Assembly: GCA_002269645.1 (NCBI GenBank)
Contig: NIVC01001781.1
Span: forward strand, 62,001 to 126,000
DNA from: Macrostomum lignano
Taxonomy: Eukaryota
DNA length: 64,000 nucleotides
Direction: 5' to 3'
Shown here piece by piece: positions 53,376 to 64,000 of the stretch (position 1 is the first letter of the stretch; each line of letters opens with the position of its first letter). The notes beneath the pieces are model-generated. The model made no database searches. It saw only the letters and a program-made list of their open reading frames with translations, and was not told the origin of the DNA. The position numbers were made by a program, and so were the translations under genes.

Positions 53376-54261
53376 TCGAGTTTTCCCTATGCTTTTAATG
53401 GAAGGCCAAGCAAGGTTGAATTCTTGACTGGCTGAATTCCAATTCTAATTATGATGGAGGCAGTGTGCCAAGCATTGCGGGAGGGAGGGAGAGAGAAATC
53501 AGCCAGTGCATTTTAAAAGTATTGAAATTAAAATAATGCTCAGTGGCTGCGTGTGTACATTCTTTTGACCCTGGCTGAGTGGCGGACTGCATAGACAATT
53601 GCTATTTATAGATTTCTCTTAACTGTGCATTGGCTCTGCAAAAAAGAGAGGAGAACAGCAGATGCTGAGGGGAACTGCAGATTGTCGAAGGGATCATTCA
53701 TGTAGACTGCAAAGGGGAAAATTGGAAAAGAAAAATTGGCTGAGAAGCAGTCAACTAGTTCTCTCCTGTCTCTCTTACTGCTCAGTTCGAACTGGAAATG
53801 GCATTTTGCCCGCCCTAACTAATAGTGTATTAATACCTACATGTACGCTCTCAGGGCGTGAATGTCAAATCAGAGGGCGCCTAACGGCCGATTCTGGCCA
53901 CTCACAATAAGTGTACATTGGCTGGCCAATCGCTGTTAGCGGGGCCGAGGGGGGGGCTTGTCGTCGCCCGTGTTTGGGGGTGCTTGGTCCGGGGTGGGTG
54001 CGCCGCCCCCGCGGCGGGGGTGGGTGTCTGTGGGGCCTTTTTAGCCCCGTGAGTTGTGCCCGCCTCAGCCTATCTGTCCTCGCCAGCTTGCGTGCGTTTT
54101 TTCTGCTTTTAGCCCCCCTTTCTCGCAATTCCTGCAACTTTTTTTCCTTTCGCTTCGTTTACCTTTTACTCTTCCAAAAGGTGTTTTTTCGAATGCTTTC
54201 CAAATATACTCGTGTCTCGTAAGTTGCCCATACAGGGCGGTAGGATGTTTTGCTCGTGCTC

Positions 54262-54483
54262 GTGTATGTGAATACAGGTGTGTGTGACTACAGGTGTATG
54301 TGAATACAGGTGTGTGTGACTACAGGTGTATGTGAATACAGGTGTGTGTGTGTGACTACAGGTGTGAATACAGGTGTGTGTGACTACAGGTGTATGTGAA
54401 TACAGGTGTGTGTGACTACAGGTGTATGTGAATACAGGTGTGTGTGACTACAGGTGTATGTGAATACAGGTGTGTGTGTGTGT

Positions 54484-54519
<36 letters not shown>

Positions 54520-54693
54520 GTATTCACACACACCTGTATCCACATACACACACACACCTGTATTTACATGCACCTGTATTCACATAAACCTGTATTCACA
54601 CACACCTGTTTCCTGTATTCAAACATCTGTATTCACACACACATGTATTCACACACACATTCACCTGCACATGTATTCACACACACCTGTAGT

Positions 54694-54724
<31 letters not shown>

Positions 54725-55110
54725 CTGTATCCACACACACCTGTATTCACATACACCTGTAGTCACATGCACCTGTATTCACACACCTGTATTCACATAC
54801 CCCTGTATTCATATACACCTGTAGTCTCATACACCTGTATTCACATACACCTGTAGTCTCATACACCTGTAGTCACATACACCTGTAGTCACATACACCT
54901 GTAGTCACATACACCTGTATTCACATACACCTGTAGTCACATACACCTGTAGTCACATACACCTGTAGTCACATACACCTGTATTCACATACACCTGTAG
55001 TCACATACACCTGTAGTCACATACACCTGTAGTCACATACACCTGTAGTCACATACACCTGTAGTCACATACACCTGTATTCACATACACCTGTGGTCAC
55101 ACACAACTGT
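54262..55110. repeat. Inverted TG/CA arrays of the CACCTGTA(T/G)TCAC repeat
   Basis: The TG-oriented array 54262-54484 abuts the CA-oriented array 54485-55110 at a GTGCAC centre. Confidence 0.9.
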
Positions 55111-55405
55111 AGTCACAAACACGAGCCACTGCGCGAAAAGCTTTTATTTCGTGGCCAAAATGACAGATCTGTCTGTCATTTGCTCATCATGAATCCAGCA
55201 CTGTATGTGTAAGTTCTGCGGCTGTTACTCCAGATTCGCGTTCAACCTCTTCTGGGACAGGGCTAGGACTAGCCAGACCGGAAGTACCTTGGAGGGGGCG
55301 GACGCCATCTACAAGCGGGCTGGTAGTTGTGCAAACAGAAAATTTCTTATCTAGTATAAATTACAGGTACGTGCAAGAGGCCAGGTCAGCTTACACGGGT
55401 TTCGT

Positions 55406-56828
55406 ATGCGCTTGAATCTGTTTAACCTTCCTGCAGGTTCAAGCGAAAAACTCCAGCTGAAACACCTGGCGAAGGCTCCAACATCAAAGGGAACGAGGCG
55501 GCACCGCTGGAGCCTGAGAGCAATGCTTCTTGGCGTCGCAGCGTACTGCACAGTCATGGCCGTCATCTTATCAAAAACTTTGGCCAGCGATCCAAAATTT
55601 GGTCAGCTAGACAACGCGTGGTAAGGCGAAAGCATTAGCGTTAATTCCCAGTCGATTGCTTTTTAAAATGAACAAACCAATCATCGCTGCAGGCCACACC
55701 AGTCTGGTTACTTGGAGAAAGGTGGAAAGGTGCAAAAGGATTATAAACCGAATTCCGAGCCCTCACAACAGTCAGTCAACAGTCAAGGCCTGTCTGAATC
55801 GCTGCCAACTCAAAAACCGACGACTCTGCAGTACCGCGAGCGGTGCTGGCGCGCGAATTTCAGCAGCCCGGAGCGCCGCCCGGTCGACCACACGCCGCGG
55901 CCGTTCCTGCTCGGCGAATCTGCCGCTCGGTGCCGCGGCGACATCTTCCTGCTGATAGCCGTGCAGTCGGCGGTGCAGCACCGGGCCCGCCGCGACCTGA
56001 TCCGCGCCACCTGGGCCGCCGTCACCAACATCGGTGGCGACCGACTCCAGACGGTGTTCTTCGTCGGAACGACAAACGACAAACGACAAGCGGAGGCGCT
56101 GCGTCGAGAGAGCGACAGTCGAGCTGACATTGTGCAGGCCGACTTCGTGGACACCTACCGGAACCTCACCTATAAGCACCTGTACGCGCTCAGGTGGATC
56201 GCCGAGTCCTGTCGCTCGGTGCGCTACGTCATGAAGGTCGACGACGACGTTGTGCTGAATGTGTTCAGGCTGCGGGAGTCTCTGCGCGAGCTGGTCGGCT
56301 CGAGGACCGACGACTTCTTCTACTGCCAGGTGCGCGGTACAACGTTCGATGGCTGATTTGCTTCATTTGCTCACATTAAACGGGACTATCAAAATAATAC
56401 TCGTATCTCTTCTTTTGTTGTAGGTGAGCCAGGTAAAGCCGATTCGAAACAAAAAGATAAAGTGGCACGTGACCTACGAGGAGTACCCGGACGATCGCTA
56501 CCCTGACTACTGCAAGGGCTTCGGCTACGTGATGAGCTTCGGTCTGATTGAGAAGCTGCACCAGTGCGCCAAGTGGCGGCGGTACTTCTGGATCGACGAC
56601 GTGTTCGTGTCGGGGGACCTGGCGAGCGCGCTGGGAGCTCCGCGCATCCAGTGGGAGGACGGCTGGGGCGCCAAGCGGCTGCACCCTCGGCTGGCGGGTC
56701 CGGAGGCGAACCAGATGGTGCTGGCCAACGCTGGTTCGAATGCAGTTGCGCCTTCGTTGAATCGGCGAGTGTGGCGAGCCATCGTCAGGTTCAGCGACTG
56801 GGGCTGGGAGAACGGCCTTGGCGGTTGA
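55406..56828 (+). CDS. GT31 beta-1,3-galactosyltransferase-like protein, paralogue 1
   Basis: Exons 55406(start uncertain)-55620, 55693-56329, 56424-56828. N-terminal TM segment. Motifs LLIAVQS...RRDLIRATW, VFFVG, DIVQADFVDTYRNLTYK, YVMKVDDDV (DxD), YPDYCKGFGYVMS, IDDVFVSG. Confidence 0.9.
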
Positions 56829-58241
56829 AACTACCCTTAATTTTTAGTAGATTGTCTTTAGTACAAAGTCTGCTTTTTGAATCGAATAAAAATTCAATTT
56901 TCAAACTGCTCTCCCATTCTGATGCCCGATGGCCACCATTGCAGTGACCCAGTAGGAAATTTCGGTTGCGTGTGGCTGGTAACGGGGGGGGGGGCGTTGA
57001 CAATATGTGACTAATGTTTTGTCGAATTTTCGACTTTGCTTACTAAAATCTGTATGAAATTTTACCAATCGGAACGTAATATCGAAAGAAAGTTGGAAAA
57101 CAAAAAATAAATGAATTATCGGACTATCGGAAATGCTACGAACGATAGTATAGTTTTTGGCATCTGGTGACTTCAAAAAATTTTTTGCATTGGCTAATAT
57201 TAAAAAGTCTGCTTGAAATTACTTAATTTCTCGTTTTGTGACTTCATTAAATTAGTAATAAGTCCAAAACTACATTTAGACTTCTGACAGGAAAACTAGG
57301 TAAAATCGAGCTTGCTTGGCCAATTCCTCAGACCAGTTTGAGCCACTCGACTCAGAATCATCATCCAGATGTTCCAGCCGCAGTTGTCGCTGAAGGTGAC
57401 AAAGTCGCTGGTCGCTTCTGCTGCATGGCAGTTTCAGCCAATTGGGACTCCAACCACGCCAACAGACTGCCTGGGGGGGTGTGGAGTGCACTCTCCATCA
57501 CAATATAATAGCAGCAGATGCCAGAGGGCACAGAGACAGGGCACAATGACAGAAATACCCATCCTTCCACTGCGTAAATGGGAAATCAGAGGGCACCGTT
57601 AGAGCATCGACGCGCTCTCTGTGCACCTGATTGTGCTGACAGTCTGTCACCAGGATGCAGTTATTGTGAGTCACCACGGATCGGCCGTTAGGCGCCCTCT
57701 GATTTGACATTCACGCCCTTAGAGCGTACATGTAGCTATTAATACACTATTAGTTAGGGCGGGCAAAATGCCATTTCCAGTTTGAACTAATCAGTAAGAG
57801 AGACAGGAGAGAACTAGTTGACTGCTTCTCTGCCACACTGCTCAGAAAGTCGCTATACGTGTAGTGATGGCGAATTGACGCATGCTCCAATACACACGAG
57901 AATTATAGTTCTGTAGACTTACCCGGCTACAAAAAGTTTAGCTAATGCGAGTACAAATTTAATCAGTCTCTCTATCCAACCTCTCGCAAAGATTTTTTAA
58001 ACGGAATATATAACTGTAACTGATATTTCTTTATCTATAACTGAGTGCTTCGAGCCGAATAAAGCGCATATATGCGATACGTATGCAAAAAATTCGCATG
58101 CAGTGTCCAGGACTTGCTCGACAGTCCAAGAAACAGAATAATCATTTAAAACTCGCTACGTGCGAACAGGCAATTGCAGAGCAATAAAGTTAAAACCATT
58201 TTATTAGTTAAATAAAGTTCTATGAACTGCTCTGATCTGTC

Positions 58242-59670
58242 TTGCATTCAATCACGACGAGAAAGTCCTCATCAGTCCCACTGGCGCCAGCTAAAATCTG
58301 CACTAAACGACATCGTTGGAGTCTTAGAGCCATGTTCCTGGCAGTGGCAGTGTACTGCTCTTCAGTCGTGCTGATCATCCTGTCAACAACATCCGCCAGC
58401 AGCCCTCAGCCTATCAACGACATAGTCAGCATGTGAGAGCCTGCTAAATCTAGATCAAATTATTAACAGTATGTTGCCATGCCAACTGCACGAAAAGCAT
58501 TTCTCTGTTCACCGCAGGCCACAAAAGCCCAGCACTGTGGAGACGGACAGCAAAGCTACAAAGAATTTCCAACAAAATCGTCAGCCCACGCTGAATGCTG
58601 GCCACTCAATTAGCCAAAATCCGTCTACATCGCACTCGGTCGACAAAGACTTGAAGACTTCACCGACGACTCTGCAGTACCGCGAGAGGTGCTGGCACGC
58701 GAATTTCAGCAGCCCGGAGCGCCGCCCGGTCGACCACACGCCGCGGCCGTTCCTGCTCGGCGAATCTGCCGCTCGGTGCCGCGGCGACATCTTCCTGCTA
58801 ATAGCCGTGCAGTCGGCGGTGCAGCACCGGGCCCGCCGCGACCTGATCCGCACCAACTGGGCCACCGTCACCAACATCGGTGGCGACCGACTCCAGACGG
58901 TGTTCTTCGTCGGTACGACAAACGATAAACGACAAGCGGAGGCGCTGCGTCGAGAGAGCGACAGTCGAGCTGACATTGTGCAGGCCGACTTCGTGGACAC
59001 CTACCGGAACCTCACCTACAAGCACCTGTACGCGCTCAGGTGGATCGCCGAGTCCTGTCGCTCGGTGCGCTACGTCATGAAGGTCGACGACGACGTTGTG
59101 TTGAATGTGTTCAGGCTGCGGGAGTCTCTGCGCGAGCTGGTCGGCTCGAGGACCGACGACTTCTTCTACTGCCAGGTGCGAGACGCTCTGATTTTAGTAG
59201 GATTTAGTATCCACATTGATTGAGCGTCAATGTTAATGCATTGCTCGATCCTCTAGGTGATTAGGTCAAAGCCCATAAGAAATCGTCGGCACAAGTGGTA
59301 CGTGGCCTACGAGGAGTGGCCGGGCGATCGCTACCCTGACTACTGCAAGGGCTTCGGCTACGTGATGAGCTTCGGTCTGATTGAGAAGCTGCACCAGTGC
59401 GCCAAGTGGCGGCGGTACTTCTGGATCGACGACGTGTTCGTGTCGGGGGACCTGGCGAGCGCGCTGGGAGCTCCGCGCATCCAGTGGGAGGACGGCTGGG
59501 GCGCCAAGCGGCTGCACCCTCGGCTGGCGGGTCCGGAGGCGAACCAGATGGTGCTGGCCAACGCGGATGGGAACTTCATGGTGCCTTCGTTGAATCGGCG
59601 AGTGTGGCGAGCCATCGTCAGGTTCAGCGACTGGGGCTGGGAGGACGGCGATGCAGTCTATTCGGAATAG
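58242..59670 (+). CDS. GT31 beta-1,3-galactosyltransferase-like protein, paralogue 2
   Basis: Exons ~58242(start uncertain)-58432, 58518-59175, 59257-59670. Same intron positions and phases and same motifs as paralogue 1. Confidence 0.88.
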
Positions 59671-60285
59671 TGTCCCGATGCTTTATCAGGGACTGCTATG
59701 GTAAATTTATATCGCAGAGGTCCCAGGTTTTATGTAGTTTTATGTAACGAATCTTCTGAATTAAAAGAAAGCATGTCTTTTACTGAGGTGCACTGCACAA
59801 ATGCAGCAAGTTTTTTTCATAACTCGCTAGGTCTCAAACAAACACATTTTTGGGTGGAAATTTTCGTCGTTCCTTACAGATAGAGGCGTAAATTTGAATT
59901 TATTGCTCCAGCTCTGCGTGGTTGACTCATTGATCGTACAATACGGTAAACTAATACGATAAATGAACACTCGAAATAAGCGTGAGAACCTGCTGCAGTT
60001 TTTGGTATGAGCGTATATTAGCCATGATTGCTCTGAACGTTTCGAAAGTTAAACTCAGAACTGCCAGAATATACTCGTAATTGCCGAAAACATGCCTATA
60101 TTTCTGTATCCCATGTATTGCAATTCCACATACTTTATAAACTTAGGCGAGTTGAGATAACGGGTCAGGTAAAAATAAATTGATAAGCAGGAAAGCTTTT
60201 CGAAATAGTCTATGCTAGTTTTGTGAGTTTAAAGGTTCTGCTTAAGCGAGCTGACATGTCATTTAAGTTTGCTTCATATTGGACA

Positions 60286-62570
60286 GCTAAATCGGAAAGC
60301 TAAAATCGGACAGCGAGAGTTGAAATCCTAGGACATATTCTAACCAGCGAAGGAGTCTAGATCGATCCGGAGAAGATGCGAAGCATCAAGGACATGCCGC
60401 ATCCGAACAGTTACTCCCAGATATCTGAAAAAGCCGCGCAACTACAAAGATTTATCGAAGTTCATACCAAATTTCTCAGCGCTTGCTTCACCTTTGCGAC
60501 AGTTACTGAAAAAAGATGTAGCGTGGAACTGGGGAAAACGGCAGGAAGAAGCATATGAAGCAATTAAGGAATCACTGTGCAAAGCTCCACTATTGGGACA
60601 ATTTAACCCAGATCAGAGTGTCATTCTAAGTGTAGATGCCAGTAAAGATGGACTCGGAGCCGCTTTGATGCAAGACGGACACGTCATTGAATACGCATCG
60701 TCATCGACGACTCCTGCTCAAAAGAAATATGCTCAAATCGAAAAAGAATTCTTGGCAATAGTCTTTAGATGTCGCAGATTTCGACAATACTTATGGGGTC
60801 GGCACGTACAGGTTGAATCAGATCACAAGCCCCTGCAATTCATTATGAAAAAGCCACTGAGTGAACTATCAGCTCGACTGCAGCGACTAGCTTTGAAAAT
60901 TCAAGAATTCGATCTCAATGTGACGTATGTACCCGGAAAAGAACTATACCTTGCGAATACAATAAGCCGCGCTTATCTGAAATCCGTACATTCATCCAAT
61001 GATATTGATGATGACATTCAGTGCCAGACAACTTGCTAAAGGACATCCAGCATCACACAAATGCTGACGATTTATGTCATATGCTAAAGGACCAGATTCG
61101 AGAGGGTTGGCCAGATGCCAAATCCCAAATAGCTGAAGAACTGAAGCCATTCTGGAATATTCGGCATGAACTGATGGAGAATGACAGACTCATATACAAG
61201 AGCAGCAAATTATTCATTCCTGATGCAATGCGAAGACAAATGCTTCAAATCCTCCATGAAAGTCATCAAGGCGTGGAAAAGACGTTGAAGGCTACTGAAT
61301 CTGTATTTTGGCCTCGAATGCGCCATGACATTTAGCAATACATTTCTTCATGCGAAAAATGCCAAAGTTACCAAGCTCTTCATCAAAAAGAATCCATGAA
61401 AATGGTTGAAATACCTGAGTATCCATTTCAAGAGTGTGGAACTGACATTTTCTATTGGAAAGGGGAAACACACATTGTCCTGGTTGACAGGTTAAGTCGA
61501 TGGATCTGCACTGATAAGATCACGACTACATCAGTAGAGTGCGTCATAAAACAGCTGTCACAATATTTTGCTACCTATGGTACTCCAGAAGTGATAAGAT
61601 GTGACAACGGACCTCCATTTGGATCCAACAGGTTTAAAGAGTTTGCTGAACAGAAAGGTATACGAATTAGGACATCGTCGCCAAAATATCCACAATCAAA
61701 TGGCCTATCAGAAAGAGCTGTTCAGACAGTTAAAGGATTTCTAAACAAAGCAGAAGATATAAATTGTGCATTACTACACTATCGGAATACGCCAATTGAA
61801 AGAGGGCTACCGACACCGGCTGAGCTAGTGATGGGACGAAAGCTCAGATATCAACTGCCACTGCCCATTGAACAGCTGAAACCAAGACAAGTCTGGACAA
61901 AACGTGAACTAGAGATTTTGGCAGAGAAGAACAGTAAACAGGCATTCTACTACAATCGCACTGCACGAGACCTACGACCGTTTAAAGAAGGAGATCAGGT
62001 GTGGATGCAAGAAGATCGAAGACAATGGATTCTTGCAGAAATCGTGAAATCCGATGTCACTGACCCAGACAGGTCATACAAGTTCGAACTGCTACAGGTC
62101 GTGAATTCAGACGAAATCGCAGATTTCTGGCAAAGCGCAATACAGACCGCAGAATGCAGACCATACCAGAGTATTCAAGGATTCAACTACCTAATCAGGA
62201 TTCTAACAATCGAACGATTCAGACTTACAGCTCAGACGCTCGTGCATCCGATACAGTACACAATTCACAGCTGGATTCTGGAAAATCTGGTGGAACAAAA
62301 TACATTGCACGATATGGACGTGAAGTGAAGCCAACTCAATTTTACAAGGCTACATAATTATATGCACTCAAACTGAACTAACTGACAATGCCATTTTCAT
62401 TCATTCATCCATTAATGCGTATGACAATTCTTTTTGGAAAAAAGGGATGTCGCAGACAGACCGAATTAATTGTTGTCTATGACCTTAGCTTTATGTCTTT
62501 ATAAGCTAAATATACGAGAGCTGCAGATACGAACTAAGCGCAGCACAGACGGCTATGCCGTAATATAACA
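60286..62570 (+). mobile_element. Decayed, 5'-truncated Ty3/Gypsy LTR retrotransposon (RT end, RNase H, integrase)
   Basis: VEILGHILTSEGV*IDPEK (RT end). SVDASKDGLGAALMQ, YAQIEKEFLA and ESDHKPL (RNase H). HESHQGVEK...RHDI*QYISSCEKC (HHCC zinc finger). GTDIF, RCDNGPPF and NGLSERAVQT (DDE core). In-frame stops and frameshifts. Possible PPT GGAAAAAAGGGA at 62436-62447 followed by TGT. Confidence 0.9.
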
Positions 62571-62591
62571 TTCATATCCGAAACATAACGC

Positions 62592-64000
62592 AGTCACTTC
62601 AGCATCCACTGTCACCAGAAGGAAACATCCTGTTAACAGCTCTGTTCACTTCAGCATCCACTGTCACCAGAAGGAAACATCCTGTTAGCCTCTGATCACT
62701 TCAGCATCCACTGTCACCAGAAGGAAACATCCTGTTAACAGCTCTGTTCACTTCAGCATCCACTGTCACCAGAAGGAAACATCCTGTTAACAGCTCTGTT
62801 CACTTCAGCATCCACTGTCACCAGAAGGAAACATCCTGTTAGCCTCTGATCACTTCAGCATCCACTGTCACCAGGAGGAAACATCATGTTAGCCTCTGAT
62901 CACTTCAGCATCCACTGTCACCAGGAAACATCCTGTTAGCCTCTGATCACTTCAGTATCCACTGTCACCAGGAAACATCCTGTTAGCCTCTGATCATTTC
63001 AGTATCCACTGTCACCAGAAGGAAACATCCTGTTAGCCTCTGATCACTTCAGTATCCACTGTCACCAGGAAACATCCTGTTAGCCTCTGATCATTTCAGT
63101 ATCCACTGTCACCAGAAGGAAACATCCTGTTAGCCTCTGATCACTTCAGTATCCACTGTCACCAGGAAACATCCTGTTAGCCTCTGATCATTTCAGTATC
63201 CACTGTCACCAGAAGGAAACATCCTGTTAGCCTCTGATCACTTCAGCATCCACTGTCACCAGAAGGAAACATCCTGTTAGCCTCTGATCACTTCAGTATC
63301 CACTGTCACCAGGAAACATCCTGTTAGCCTCTGATCACTTCAGTATCCACTGTCACCAGAAGGAAACATCCTGTTAGCCTCTGATCACTTCAGCATCCAC
63401 TGTCACCAGGAGGAAACATCATGTTAGCCTCTGATCACTTCAGTATCCACTGTCACCAGGAAACATCCTGTTAGCCTCTGATCATTTCAGTATCCACTGT
63501 CACCAGAAGGAAACATCCTGTTAGCCTCTGATCACTTCAGTATCCACTGTCACCAGGAAACATCCTGTTAGCCTCTGATCACTTCAGTATCCACTGTCAC
63601 CAGAAGGAAACATCCTGTTAGCCTCTGATCACTTCAGTATCCACTGTCACCAGGAAACATCCTGTTAGCCTCTGATCATTTCAGTATCCAGTCACCAGGA
63701 AACATCCTGTTAGCCTCTGATCATTTCGTATCCACTGTCACCAGAAGGAAACATCCTGTTAGCCTCTGATCATTTCAGTATCCACTGTCACCAGAAGGAA
63801 ACATCCTGTTAGCCTCTGATCACTTCAGTATCCACTGTCACCAGAAGGAAACATCCTGTTAGCCTCTGATCATTTCAGTATCCAGTCACCAGGAAACATC
63901 CTGTTAGCCTCTGATCATTTCGTATCCACTGTCACCAGAAGGAAACATCCTGTTAGCCTCTGATCATTTCAGTATCCACTGTCACCAGAAGGAAACATCC
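62592..64000. repeat. 47-53-bp minisatellite running off the window end
   Basis: Unit CACTTCAG(C/T)ATCCACTGTCACCA(GAA)GGAAACATCCTGTTAGCCTCTGAT. Confidence 0.95.

Larger units (their letters stand above)
53742..57830. other. ~170-bp inverted repeat pair enclosing GT31 paralogue 1
   Basis: 53742-53910 is the reverse complement of 57661-57830 at high identity. No TSD seen. Confidence 0.8.

Noticed and set aside
53935-54035. G-run cluster with G-quadruplex potential
   Set aside because: Composition only, with no positional or functional support.
57276-57710. Short ORFs on both strands between the GT31 paralogues
   Set aside because: No recognisable motifs or consistent splice structure.
55772-59747. 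Antisense and alternate-frame ORFs over the GT31 genes
   Set aside because: Shadow ORFs of GC-rich coding sequence. They are duplicated only because the genes are.

Overview
Eukaryotic, intron-rich animal DNA. PolyQ-rich GC-rich exons, AT-rich spacers and minisatellite-filled introns suggest a flatworm such as Macrostomum; this is inferred, not verified. Five protein genes lie on the + strand and were spliced by hand with consistent GT-AG phases: a ~2060-aa PRRC2/BAT2 homologue (3685-19038), a ~270-aa single-PDZ protein (26226-30769), a 14-exon SLC5/SSS sodium-solute symporter (39395-49685) and two tandem GT31 beta-1,3-galactosyltransferase paralogues (55406-56828, ~58242-59670). Mobile DNA includes an intact DD34D mariner with 33-bp TIRs, two non-autonomous hAT-type elements with 8-bp TSDs, a decayed Ty3/Gypsy pol and several foldback-like inverted repeats. 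About 25 different tandem-repeat arrays are present. The most notable signal is inside PRRC2. Its introns carry seven box C/D snoRNA-like units in three locally duplicated families (2+2+3). A 21-bp minisatellite sits in opposite orientations in introns 4 and 7, bracketing a frame-preserving 1113-nt exon trio (circRNA/skipping geometry). Its unit contains a 10-11 nt copy of the 18S rRNA site targeted by the intron-5 snoRNAs. rRNA sequences were recalled from memory and no searches were run.
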